Shown one piece after another: positions 28,060 to 41,325 of a stretch of 64,000 bases of DNA (within the stretch, counting starts at the first letter, position 1; each line of letters starts with the position of its first letter). The position numbers and the translations under genes are program-made. The notes beneath the pieces are model-generated. The model saw nothing but the letters and a program-made list of their open reading frames with translations. It was not told the origin of the DNA and made no database searches. Source of the stretch: Eledone cirrhosa (Eukaryota); assembly GCA_964016885.1 (NCBI GenBank), contig OZ024742.1, positions 86,428,001-86,492,000 of the forward strand, given 5' to 3'.

Positions 28060-29950
28060 ATATAGTAAATATAGGAATGGAGGCGTACATATTTCTCATA
28101 TTTCGGACAGAGTGTGGTATACTAGTCAGTCTTATAAGTTTAGGGATCATGGTGTTCAGGAGAGATTTCAAACATCCTTTCTTTCTTATTACATATGGAA
28201 CTAAACTTCTAACTATTCAAATATGAATGACGTCCGCACAACATTGAACTACCACACTCCAGACTTGATACCACTTGAAGTTCAGATACATATGTCAATC
28301 TCGTTCTGGAAGATTATGAACAGGAAATGTGAAGGTGCATAAGTTAGTTGGAGTCCGACACACACATTGAATGGTTTCGACTTAATACCTTTTATGGTAA
28401 CACAAAAACTATGCCATTCCTATAGAGATATCAAGGCAACATGAAGCTGTTCATTGATATCTTTCCCTTAAAGTACTTTTCATAACAGATCCAGTGGAAC
28501 TGGGTGATATTTACTTTCGAGTCCCTCTTGAAAGTAAACCAACGACCAATGAAATAATTACCAAAGTCTGCATATTTGATCCCTACACTTCTTTGTCAAA
28601 CACTTAGCATCGGCTTTCCGCGGTAGGCTTAGTATGGAGATCCAACATAATGGAACAATTTCCCTTTTTAAAATTTGTGATTCTTACCACGATTGTCATT
28701 GCAGTTGGTTATTTCCACAGATCAAGGCCATCCGGCAAACAAAATTCAGCCAGAGGATACCGCTTCGAAATAAGGCTTTTAATATATTAGGGTGGAGGCA
28801 CATTGCCTAGTGGTAAAGGTGTTGGATATACGATCATAATATCCTAGGTTCGATTCCTGGGTTCTGTGTTGTGTTTTTCATCAAAACACTTCATTTCACT
28901 TCCCTTCAAGTATATCCAGCTGAAAATGAGTACCAGCAATAGCTGAGGGTTAGTCCTGCGATGGACTGTCATCATGTCCAGGGGGAAGTATTGTACTCTC
29001 AATCGCTTCACGCCATGTAACAGGGATAAGAAAGGCCCAAATGAGCCTTCTGTCTTAAGACATAATTTAGACTTGATACTAGAATATATTAGACATAATT
29101 TATTCCTCCGCAGTAGCCACGTAATATACGAGATCTTTATTTGTTATTTTGACCTTAACCTCCGTGCGGTTATTCATCAACTCCAGATACGCATCTAATA
29201 TATCAGAGAATGAGGTTCTGAATGAGTTTAGGTGATAGCAAATATTCCATCCATCTCGTGTGGATACATCTCTCTGAAAAGAAAAGAAGCCTAGACGAGT
29301 TGCTGATGGCAGGTTCGATTTATTATTATGAAGACTGTAGATGAACATGAGTACCATTTCCACAACACTTTATTTGCTGATCGGATTCCAAATTAACCCT
29401 AAATTCATCTCATGTCTTAAATTCGGACGCCTTTATTTTCTCTGCTTTGAACTTTAGCATCAGCCTGTACAAAAATGAATAAGTGCTTATTTCCATGCCA
29501 AGTATTATAATCCTCTTTTGCTTGGATGGAGTCTTCGAACACTTGATAGAAGCAAAGTTTCGTACTACTCCCTGGGGCTACACCCATCTGCATTCGCCCG
29601 CAATATTTAAGAGATTAAGCAGTACCAGCCGAGTGTAACAGTGTCCATTCTGTTTCAACCACCCCAGTTTGCTCAGAGATGTCATTAAATTTGCAAGCAA
29701 CATTTTCATCAAGCTTCTTCATGCCTCCTTGATAGTTTTGATAAGATCGAAAGAAGAGTATTCAACATTATCGTTCCTGAATTATCAGATCAGTTTCATT
29801 CACTATGGCACTGTCAAAATTTTGCCTTGGCTGAGATAAGCAAATGTTGCCTCGTAAATCTATTCTCATATTGCTGGTTAGGTGTCGTAAATTCATATTT
29901 GAAATTTCTAAATGCGATCGTAAATTTTGTCTGAGAATCTCTAGCCACGC
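28060..29950 (-). mobile_element. Decayed RTE-like LINE interrupted by a SINE
   Basis: Remnants VETEWTLL..., FKKG...GISILSLPRK..AKCL. SINE at 28791-29082. Confidence 0.55.
28791..29082 (+). mobile_element. tRNA-derived SINE (second family) with 10-bp TSD
   Basis: A box TTGCCTAGTGG, B box GGTTCGATTCC; AATATATTAG duplicated at 28781-28790 and 29083-29092. Confidence 0.75.
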
Positions 29951-30347
29951 ACAAGTTGCATATCTAACTCTCTTCCCTGTTTCATTTTTTTTTTTTTGAC
30001 GGACACATTTTTCAACACGTTAAGAGAAGCAGAATCGTCATAAATACATATACATTTTCTATTTAAGTTGAATAAATAAATTTTCTTCTATTATATTTAT
30101 TCCTATGTGTGTGTATGTGTGTGTGTGTGTGTGTTTGTATATGTGTGTGTTTATGTGTGTGTGTGTGTCTATGTGTGTGTGTTTGTATGTGTGTGTGGTA
30201 ATAGCGATTTATTCCCTTTCCTATTTAGTTACAAAGGGTCATGTGACAACATATATAACGTGATAGCAATAATAGCAATAATAATGATGTTAATAATTAC
30301 AAACATTTGAATCCAGCAAAGTCATAAATTATCTATCTATCTATACA

Positions 30348-30520
30348 TCTATATATTAACAACGAAGAATCTGGTATATCTGGAATATTCTTTTTACTGT
30401 TTTTGGTATCACACAGACACCACGGACTCGCCTCATACTGTAACCAATACAGTATTTTTTTCTTTTACCTGTCTTCTCTTATTATCTGTTTATCCGGGCG
30501 AAGCTGGGTTCGTCAGCTAG
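30348..30520 (+). mobile_element. Mini-Helitron (~173 bp) of the same family
   Basis: A|TCTATATATTAA start joined to the 3'-terminal ~160 bp with hairpin and CTAG. Confidence 0.8.
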
Positions 30521-31634
30521 TCTATATATTAATTTCAAGAACGTCGTTATTCCGTGTGTCATAATGCTCTATTATCATTGGTTCATAGGTTTCAAACGAC
30601 TCCGCCCAACTCAACGACGCCAAACTTAAATTAATATGCATAATGCCAATGAGGGAGTGAGAGGGAAGAGTAAGAAAAAGAGAGGCAAACTGAACGTTGT
30701 AACTGTTACCATGTTCGCGTGTGTATGTACATGCGCGTATGTTTATAGATGTGTGCGTGCGTGCAGCGTTCCACAGAAAGTAAAAACTATCAACATGTGT
30801 GAGTGTGTGCGTGTGCGTGTGTAAGTTTGCGTGCGTGTGCGCGTTTCCATGAGTTTGTGTGTGTGTACGTAGGGCGTTCCACAATCACCACACAGTTTAT
30901 ATGTCTATGTGCCTGTCTGTCAGTCTAACATACACAGAGTTGTGAGGGGAGTAAATAGGGACCTTTTTTTTACATTGACGGACATCTTTTATATTTATTA
31001 TTGTGTTATTTTTTGACAATTGCTCGAAATGAATACTCATAATAAAAGCAATTCGACTTTATCAAACAGTGAAATACAGCGGCGACGGCGTGCAGCCAGG
31101 AATGAAGAAAAACGGGCCGAACACCACCATCGGAACGCCGAACTTCAGAGGGGAAGACGTGTAGACATGAATGAAGAGGAGCTGGCTGAACAACACCAAC
31201 GAAACACTGGGGCCAAGCAGCGACGTCGTGCTGCAATGGTTGAAGACGAACTGGCTGAGCATCATCTTTTATATTAATTATCTATATCTATATCTACATA
31301 TAATATAAAAGATTGGAACTTCCATCATCTTGTTGAGAAACGTGGAAGAACCACGTCTATGCAATGATACACGTTTTACAGTCAGGCAGAAGATGAATCT
31401 CCTAGAGGTCACTATTCAAGGTGGGAGCAACTAGATTGTTCATATACTATGCACAAACGGTACAACGAAAAATCTGGTATATCTGGAATATTGTTTTTAC
31501 AGTTTTCTGTATCACACAGAGACCACGGACTCGCCTCATACTGTAACCAGACAAACATCACTACAGTCAGTTTCTCTTTTACCTGTCTTCTCTTATCATC
31601 TGTTTACCCGGGCAAAGCTGGGTATGTCAGCTAG
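30521..31634 (+). mobile_element. Non-autonomous deletion derivative of the same Helitron
   Basis: 5' part resembles 31635-32330 and 3' part resembles 37225-37600; TC...hairpin-CTAG ends. Confidence 0.88.
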
Positions 31635-34600
31635 TCTATTTATTAATTTCACGAACGTCAGTATTCCGTGTGTCATAATTCTCGATTATCATTGCTTCAT
31701 AGGTTTCAAACGACTGTGCCCACCTCAACGACGCCAATCTGAAATTAATATGCATAATGTCAATGAGGGAGTGAGAGGGGAGAGTGTGAACGCTGTGTTC
31801 AATAACTATTAACATGTGTGCGTGTGTATGTACGTGCGCGTATGTTTATGTGTGTGTGCGTGCGTGCAGCGTTCCACAGATACTAAAAACTATCAACGTT
31901 TGTGAGTGTGTGCGTATGTAAATTTGCGTGCGTGTACGCGTTTCCATGCGTGTATGTGTGTGCGTTTCACAATCGCCACGCAGTTTATCTGTCTGTGTGC
32001 CTGTCTGTCAGTATAACATACACGGAGTTGTAAATGGAGTAAATAGAGACCTTTCTTTACATTGACGGACATCTTTTATATTTATTATTGTATCAATACT
32101 GATAATAAAAGCAATTCGACTTTATCAAACAGTGAACTACATCGGCGACGGCGTGCAGCCAGCAATGAAGAAAAACGGGCCGAGCAGCGCCATCGGAACG
32201 CAGAACTTCAGAGGCGAAGACGTGCCGTCATGAATGAAGAGGAGCTGGCTGAACAACGCCAACGAAACACTGGAACCAAGCAGCGACGGCGTGCTTCGGT
32301 GGTTGAAGACAAACTGGCTGAGCATCATCAGCAGATGGCCAGAAATCAGCAACAACGGCGTGCTGCGATGGATAAAGAGGAGCTGGCTTAACAGCGCCAG
32401 CGCAACAGAGAAGTTCAGAGAATCTGTCGACAAAGTGCTCCTCATTCCAGTAAAGAAGCTAGAAGGCGATATTAAAAATGGATCATGGCAACCGTGTCAT
32501 TTTCAGATTGGTGGACGAGCAGAGTGTCCACATTGTGTAGCATTGTTTTGGAGGCACGAAAAGACGTGGACCACAATGTGCTGTCATAAAGGAGCAGATC
32601 AACTAGAACCCTTGCGAATGCCGGATGATGAGGAGTCACCGGAGTTTAACATACTAAGTATGTGGGGTGATCAAAGAGACCGAGGTAGATTACTGCGCAA
32701 ATATTCGCGGCAATTAACAATTCATTAGTTTTAGCATCGCAGAGAGTTAGTGAGATGTGTGAGAGTGGAGCATGGCAACCCAATGTAGTCATTCAAGGCC
32801 GTTTGTATCATTGTATCGGTAATTTAGATATTACCACAGGAGAGAGGCCTCGATTCGCTCAAATTTAGGTTAATGAATCGGAGGAGGATATCAGGATCGG
32901 TTGGATGAAGTTGCCGGGAAATATAACTGAACTTGAACGCCAAATGTTAAGTGATTTGATCCGTGATTTGCAATCAAGGCTTAGACAGTGTAATCCTTAT
33001 GTTATGGATTTAATGTTGGTGGCTGAATTGCAAAATGTTCAGCAGCAACCATTGGTCGTTAAGGGGCTGACCCAGTGCCAATGAATCAACACGAACAGCG
33101 ATATAATGCCCCTGAAGGATTTCGTGAAGTTGCTGTGTTGATGCCCAGGAGGTGGCAATAGACACAATAATTCGATTCGCGACTTTTACGCGTTCCATTT
33201 GAACGAGAGGAATCAACAGAGAAATGCGCTATTTCAAGCCAGCAGATTGTTCCAGGATTACTGTTATATGGCATTCGCAAAGATCGAAAATCAAAGGCTA
33301 AAGTATATAGCTACACATCAGCAACATATCAGAGCTGAATTGTATAATAATATACAGGATGCGATAACAGCCGATGATGCCAATTACAAGCAAATTGCTC
33401 GACGCATCATTTTGCCATCGTCGTTCATCGGCGGCCCGAGATATATGAACATTCGCTATCAGGATGCAATGCATGTTGTTTGAAAGTTTGGAATGCCAGA
33501 TGTGTTTATAACGGTTACATGCAATCCTGAATAGACTGATATTAATGATGCACTTTTACCAGGGCAACAGCCAAAGGACCATCCTGATATTGTGGCAAGA
33601 GTTTTTTCAAAGGATATCTGAAAAAGATAATGGATGATGTGGAAAAAGAGGGAATCTTTGGAGGTATAGTTGCTTTTACATACGTAATTGAATTCCCCAA
33701 AAGAGGATTGCCACATGAACATTTGCTTATAATTTTATATAGAGATTGCAAATTGAGATGTGATGATGATGTCGACAGCATTGTTTGTGCTGAACTGCAT
33801 GAGAATGAGGCACTACGCAACTTGGTGGCAAAGTCAATGGTGCACAACCAATGCGGAGTGGCAAATCGGAAAGCGCCTTGCATGAAACATGGCCAATGCA
33901 GTAAGCACTTTCCGAAATCTTTTGTCACGAACACTTCCTGGAACTATGTGGATGCTCATCCCTCATTTAGAAGACGGTCGCCTGCAGATGGCGGTTTGGT
34001 CGAAAATATAAACGGTTGACAGGTTACAAATCAATGGGTTGTGCTATACAATCCATATTTGATTATGAAGTATCGTTGTCATATTAATGTGGACATTTGT
34101 AGCTCAGTGAAAGATTACAAATATATACTCAAATATGTTTACAAAGGTCATGATCGGGCAATGATCAATGTCAGGAATGAGGAGGCGAACTAAGGAGATG
34201 AAGTTGACAGGCTCCAGGATGTTCGCTAGATTGGATCTAGCTTGTTCGATTTTGTTCTGAATGAACGCAAACCCAGCGTTATGAAACTTACGGTTCACTT
34301 AGAGAATAGGCAAATGGTCAGTTTCAAGACACTAGAAGAGGTGTCGAAATAATTGCTAACGCACCACCTCCTAAGACGGAATTTACTGAATGGTTCAGGC
34401 ATAATAGAGAACATGCTTTGAACCCGGATCATAGGCGACTCTACTGCGATTTCCCTTCGCACTATACGTGGGATAAGAAGGGAAAGAAATGTAATGATAG
34501 AAAACAAAAGTTGAGATTCATGACAATTGGACAGGTTTGTAATGTCCATCCTGCATCTGGTGATGTGTTTTATCTCCGAATTCTGTTGCATAATGATTTT

Positions 34601-37600
34601 TCGAGAGCTAAACAGAGCTTCACTGATTTGAAAACACTCAATGGCGTGGAATATGAAACATACCAGGCTGTGTGTCAGCATCTGGGACTCCTTCAGGATG
34701 ACGCTGAATGGAATAACGCCATGGAAGCTGCAGGAACAACACAGATGTCAGCTCAAATAAGGCAGTTGTTTGTCACGATACTAGCATTCTGCAATTCTGC
34801 CGATCCAAGAGAGTTATTTGAACGTCATTGGGGAATTATGGCTGATGATTTTAGGCATCATCTTCAGGTCGATGATGAATATTTGATGAAAGTTATTGTT
34901 TTGCTCAATATTGAGCAACTGCTTGAAGTTCATTTCAAATGTTAAACAGATTTCAATTTGACAATTCCTGATGAAGAAATGCGGCAACGTGTCATAGCAT
35001 TGAACATGAGATTGCAGCTTAGACGGTTGCCACTCGATCGGAGGAAACTATTCCAGTTTGATCCACTGGAACAGCAACGTATTGTGAATGAACGTATGCC
35101 AATGTTGACCCAATCTCAGAGAAAATTGGTCGATCGCGTTCTCCACTCGATTTCAACTAATGAGCAACTTTGTGCTTTCATAGATGCTCCAGGAGGCACC
35201 GGAAATACATTCTGTTTCAACACTATGTTATCGGCAGTCAGAACTCAGAGGAAGATTGCTCTCCCTGTGGCCACCAGTGGGATCAATGCCACTTTGCTGA
35301 GTGGTGGAAGAGGTTCCACTCATGCTTCAAGGCTCCATTGGCTCCGGATGAGTTGAGTGTCTGTAACATTACAGGACAAAGTGAACTCCCGGGCCTTATA
35401 CGCAATACGTCTCTGATTATTTCGGACGAGGCTACAATGGCACACATATATTTGCTGGAGGCATTGGACAGAACATTGAGTTATATCTGCGGTAGTGACC
35501 TGCCATTCGGTGGTAAGACTATCGTTTTTGGTGGCGATTTCAGACAGGGGCTACCAATTGTTAGGAATGCTCAAAGAGCGTAAATTGTCGATGCATGTCT
35601 GAAAAAGTCCCCGTTGTGGCGCCATTTCAGAGTTTTCCGATTACACGATAATATGCGACTTCGTATGTTCGGGCAACACGAAGAGGCTGAGACATACGGC
35701 CGATGGTTGATGCAGTTGGGAAACGATGAATTGCCACACGTTGGTGATAATCAGACTGTAAGACTCCCAGACCATTTGGTCATGCCACTGGACCGCCAAG
35801 CATTGATTGACTGGGTGTTCCCTAATTTGAATGCTTTTTGGCAGAATATCTCCTGGATATCGGAACGCGTTATTCTAACTCATTCGAATGCAACGGTCGA
35901 TGAAATAAATTCACAAGTAGCCGGAATGTTTCCTGGAGAGGAATGGTTCACCGTCAGTGCGGGAGCAATATGGAAGTTCCGACTGTTTGTCTGAATTCAC
36001 TTCAAATACCCGGATTTCCCCCACAAATTTTGAAGTTGAAAAAGGGTATTCCGATTATATTGCTTCGAAATATCAAACATAAAATGGATCTTTGATTTGG
36101 TACCAGATTGATTGTTGAGAGAGTGATTAACGGAAGAGTTTTAGAAGCTAAACTCCCAGGCAGAGAGGAATCGGTTCTCATTCCGAGGATCATGCTGAGA
36201 CCAAGTGAAGATCTGATGCCATTCATGTGTCAAAAGCGACAGTTTCCCGTCAATTTGGCTTTCTCCATGACTATCAATAAGGCACAGGGACAGACTTTCA
36301 AGCGAGTCGGTGTCTACTTGAATGATCCAGCATTCAGTCATGGGCAACTGTATGTTGCTGTATCTCGAGTGTGCGATCCTGATGTTATAAGATTTGCAGT
36401 TGATACCACTAACAGAGGAACAACCCTGAATATTGTCTATAATGAAGCTTCGAGCTGATGTATGCATATCTTTAATGCTATCAATAAGCGACGTAAATGA
36501 TTCGGACATTGTTGTCCTTTGATCAGTATTGTGAACTTTGACAGAGTTATCATCTATGTTCAATGTCATTTAATGTCGTTAGGAGCAATAAAAACAAACA
36601 AGTATTGGTAAAAATTGCTCTCACTGCTATGTTGCGCAATAAATACCAACAAGTATTGGTAGAAATTGCATTCACTGCTATGAATATTCGACGTAAATGA
36701 TTCAGTCATTGGTGTCCTTTGAACAGTATTGTGAGCTTTGACAGAGTTATCATTTCTGTTCAATATCATTTATTGTCGATAATGAGCAATAAAAACAACA
36801 AGTATTGGTAGAAATTGCCTTCAAATGTAACGCTTCTGATTGCAGTGGTAATAACACCTCATCATATGCTGAGTCTGGCAAAAAGTTTGGTGCATATGGC
36901 CGGCCAGGTATAGAGTAATATTGTAAAACGATTCTATGTTCGAAGTAGAAGGATCCGATATTTGGAGTTCAAACCAGTCCACCTCCCCTAGTTGAACTCT
37001 GGGCAATATTGACTGTCTATTCCTCTGTGGCTACGAGCCTGGAAATTAGTGAATACATTTTTGTGTCATATAATTTGTTGTTTTATTATTATAGCTGACC
37101 ATTTATAGATAAGCATGTTATCCATATCCATATTAATTTCCATATCCATATCCATATCCATATTAAAATGTTATCCATAAACCATTTCAAGTAAATAGGG
37201 ACCTTTTTTACATTGACGGACATCTTCTATATTAATTATCTCTATCTATATCTACATACATTATAAATGATTGGAACTTCAATCATCCTTTTGAGAAACG
37301 TGGAACAACCACGTCTATGCAATGACACACGTTTCACAGTCAGGCAGAAGATGAAGTATGTCCCAGAGGTCACTATTCTAGGTGGGAGTAGCACCTAGAA
37401 TTGTTCATATACTATGCACAAACGGTACCACGAAGAATCTGGTATATCTGGAAGATTTATTAAACTGTTTTTGGTATCACACAGACACCAGGGACTCGCC
37501 TCATACTGTAACCAGACAAAAATCCAATTCAGTCATTTTCTCTTTTACCTGTCTTCTCTTATCATCTGTTTACCCGGGCGAAGCTGGGTACATCAGCTAG
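31635..37600 (+). mobile_element. Full-length (decayed) Helitron
   Basis: 5' TC; 3' hairpin CCCGGGCGAAGCTGGG then CTAG followed by T; Rep/Hel coding remnants. Confidence 0.92.
32062..36458 (+). pseudogene. Helitron Rep/PIF1-helicase, disrupted
   Basis: Rep motifs FITVTCNP, YVIEFPKRGLPHEH and KYVYKGHD. Helicase motifs DAPGGTG, ISDEATM, GGDFRQGLP, RQFPVNLAFSMTINKAQGQT and FSHGQLYVAVSR. Many stops and frameshifts. Confidence 0.93.
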
Positions 37601-37781
37601 TATATATACAATTGTAATTGTCTGTGTGTCCGTCCTAAGTTTGCAAGTCTATAAAAACCCACATTTCTACACCGATTGACTTCAAACTTGCATTTATATA
37701 TTCCTTATTCCTTGTGGTCGAAAGATATTAACTGCAGCTTTTACTTTTCATTTTATGTTGTTAAAAGCATGTTAGGCGCCG

Positions 37782-37782
<1 letters not shown>

Positions 37783-37843
<61 letters not shown>

Positions 37844-37915
37844 CTCTCTATCTCTATCTCTCTCTCTCTTTCTCTCTCTATATCTCTTTCTCTCTCTCTC
37901 TCGCTCTCTCTCTCT
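37783..37915 (+). repeat. (CT)n microsatellite
   Basis: Direct read. Confidence 0.95.
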
Positions 37916-38685
37916 TTATTAGTCTGTCTTTTTAGATAGATACATAGCTATGAGGTCGCGCCCTTATAATATATGTATGTATGTCTGACTGTCTGCATTA
38001 AGACATACGACACAAATTGTTCTCATTGATGACGTATTTTCTTCGCTATTTTCCATTCATTGCCAGGGAACCTCTTCACGAACCTAAGTATCGTCTTCCT
38101 GTTTTCCTTTGGTTGCAACGTATTTCGAAATATATAATTCTGCGTTCACAGACTGATTTTTTTAGTTTCAGAAGATCCCGTTAAGGCGAAGCACACGTTG
38201 TAAGCAATTTCAATATTACTGCTGCTACATAGGACTCCCATTACCACTGAAATTTCATCTTTGCGTTCTGCATTTCCATCCGCAGGCCAACATGGAATGT
38301 TCTTCATAGTAGTCAGACTATTGAGGGAGAAACAGATGGTCTCGAATTTACTGTCCAAAAAAACCCATTGACAATAACGAAAACCGCTTACATCAACCCA
38401 TAATGGTACATTGTAGGTCGTTTTAACCCGTCTTTTATTAATGAAAAAACTTCTTGCCAATAAACATTACCTCTTTGTGCGCCAATCATCTAAGCGTAAA
38501 CCTAAAAATACCAACTAAACGGAGGGTTGACAAGAACGATGGCGAATGAAACTTCGAGGTAAGCAGTTTCCTCCCGAGCTGTTAGTTCACGCGGTATTCT
38601 CTGCTACACCTTTTCATAATAATATCGAACAACGTACTGCTGGTCATTCCTTCCGCCAAAAGACGTACAAAGCGGACATGTGCAT

Positions 38686-38992
38686 TTAAGTAGCAGCCGT
38701 ACTATCAGTGAGAAATGAAATTTCATTTTTTTCCATTTATCGTTTTCGGTACGCCCGTCCGTCTAACTCACTCGATATGCAAATTAGACTGCTCAGCCTT
38801 TAATATGCATCAGGAAAGTATATACTTTCAAACGGTCAATCACCATACGTACATATATATATGCGTGCATGTATGTATGTATATACATACTACTGTACGT
38901 CTGTATATATATATATATATGTATGTACATATACATACTTACATTTAAGTATCACCAGCACTAAGAATGTGAAATGAAATTTCATTTTTTTC
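38686..38992 (+). mobile_element. R1 copy with internal deletion removing the HHR; terminally redundant
   Basis: TTAAGTA.CA.C.G.ACTA...GAAATGAAATTTCATTTTTT occurs at both ends; octamer at 38777. Confidence 0.65.
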
Positions 38993-39007
38993 ATATATAT
39001 ATATATA

Positions 39008-40255
39008 TTGTCCTGGATATGGCATTAAACTACATCCAGTGGCAAGGCTCTAGTTCGGGAGTTCAGGAGTTGAGGGGAATGTGGAGTTACTCCTTAGTTG
39101 TTATAATTCCCAGGTCTGCTCTGGCCCGGAGTCGTTGTACCTGTTAGGGCCCAATTTATGGGTTAAATAACTACCTTATACGAGTGGCGCCGGTAAGGTA
39201 TTGTCAGCCATTGAACAGACATATGGAGAGTCTATCTAACAGCACAAGGGTTAAAGCCCCTAATTACATTGTCAAAGAGAAGTCTGGTCGTTATGACTCT
39301 GCTGGCTTAGAGCCACAGGGAGGGCCAGTGGATGATGGATCAGCTGTCTCTGAGACAAATATAAAGAATGCTGTTTTGTCCTATAGAAGAGCCATCAAAA
39401 TGGACACTTTGAATGTGAGGACTATTCGGACGCTGGAGAAGAGAGAGGAGTTGGGAAATATGTTCGAGGAGAGTGGTATACATATACTTGCGATCTAAGA
39501 ACACAGGATCCTACAGGATGGGCACGTGAGGAGTGTGCTGATTTGGAAGATGAGCCAGTTCATCACCACATCGGCAGTGAGGAACATGACCAATGCTGCA
39601 GTGGGAGGAGTGGGTTTTGTTTTCAGCACAAAAAGCAGTCTATTGGTGAGGGAAATAATACCTGTCTCCTCGCGAGTGTTGAGGGTGACCTTCCATGGAA
39701 ACCCAGGACTGACAGTCATCTCAGCCTATAGTCCAACCGAGGGAGACAGTGATGTGAGTGCGGAAGAGTTCCAAGAGGAGGTGCGTAGAGCTGTCAACAC
39801 CACACATTCACACAACATCCTGCTTGTTTTGGGGGACTTCAATGCATATCTGAGTAAGGATGGCAGTGAAGATCCTTGCTGGTACTTCCATAACAAGACC
39901 AACCGAAATGGAAGACTACTGAGAGACAGTTGTTATGAGTGATGTCCGGGTGAGTTTAAGAAAGAACAAGGTTCAGCCCCAGAGATCAATCTATGACTGG
40001 GGAGCTTTCAAGGAAGATGATAAGCTACAGGAGAGGTTCACAGTGGAAGTGAGTAACGGGTTCAGTGCTCTGTGTGGAGAGACAGAGGATAGAGAGATCG
40101 GATGGACTGAGGAGAGTGTGACGAGGAGGCACTGGCACTTCACCAATGCAGTGGCGGAAGCAAGTGAGACCCTGGTGCCGAGGAGAAAGAACAAAAGGAA
40201 GCACGTCAGTTCTGCAGACCCAAAAGTGTGTGCAGCCAGAGAACACCTGTTAATA
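39008..40255 (+). mobile_element. RTE LINE 5' portion (UTR + APE endonuclease + linker), disrupted
   Basis: TLNVRT, ILAI*EHR, GGVGF, VISAYSPT, LVLGDFNA, TNRNG.LL. Confidence 0.88.
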
Positions 40256-40627
40256 TGCAAGAGGAAAGTATATACTTTCAGACGTTCAATCATCTGGCAG
40301 GAAAGTATATGGTGCTGACGATAGCTAATAATCTTGAAACTAGTACAGCGTTCCTTTGTCAGTGTTGAACAAAAGGGCAACGATGGTTGCTAAACACTGT
40401 ACGGCTCAATTCGTGTTGTTTGTTTACAAACAAACCGAGCATTATAATAAATGTTCGGTGAATGCATACCTACATATATATATATATATATGTGCATGTA
40501 TGTATTTATATATACATACTACTGTACGTCTGTATACATATATGTATGTACGTATGCATACTTATATTTAAGTAACAGCCGTACTAAGGGTTAGAAATGT
40601 AATTTCATTTCATTTTTTCCATTTATA
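40250..40627 (+). mobile_element. Retrozyme-like family R1 copy
   Basis: Homologous to 54065-54290 (reverse complement) and 38845-38990. Confidence 0.7.
40309..40351 (+). ncRNA. Minimal hammerhead (R1), partly degenerate
   Basis: ATGGTG-CTGACGA-TAGCTAATAATCTT-GAAA-CTAG-TA-CAGCGT, with mismatches in stems I and II. Confidence 0.7.
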
Positions 40628-41225
40628 TAGGGACCTGTAACAGACAGGCTGAAACACTCATACACACAACAACCACCCACACACACACGTGTGTATTTTT
40701 ATATATACACCCTCACACTATACAGACTCTCCCTAAAACCATATTCCAATAAAATAATTTATTTTACAACCCTACAGTTGCCATATAATTCCTCATCCCC
40801 CTCTCTACCCCCTTTGAACTCTTGCCCAGTCAATTAACACAATCAGAATATTTCCTTTGCCGCACTTCTCTCTCTCTACACAAGAGCTCATTCTCCAGTC
40901 TCCTTACACTCCACAACACTTAATTTTAAATCTTTAATTTTTAGTTTTTAATTCTTATTAATTCTTTTTAATTTTAATAAAGATTTGATATGATGAATTT
41001 TAATAATACATTGTAACCGGTAATATTTGATATGCTTTATATACATTATAACTATTTTTAAAAGAAATGTCCCTCTCATTCTTTTCAATAATATCACTTT
41101 GACGAATCAAAGAAAGGTAAAAAAAAGAAAAACAGACCCTAAAATATATTTTCCGAGCTATTTCCAACTTCACCTTTTCTCTATAACCAATGTGTTGTAT
41201 ATATATATACTTTTTTATATATATG

Positions 41226-41325
<100 letters not shown>

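Noticed and set aside
31020-32391. Arg/Glu-rich ~20-aa repeat ORFs as captured host gene
   Set aside because: Charged repeats at the N-terminus are common in Helitron Rep/Hel proteins.
36470-36825. Short direct repeats resembling a CRISPR-like array
   Set aside because: Simple ~200-bp and ~53-bp tandem duplications in the Helitron 3' region; eukaryotic context with no unique spacers or cas genes.
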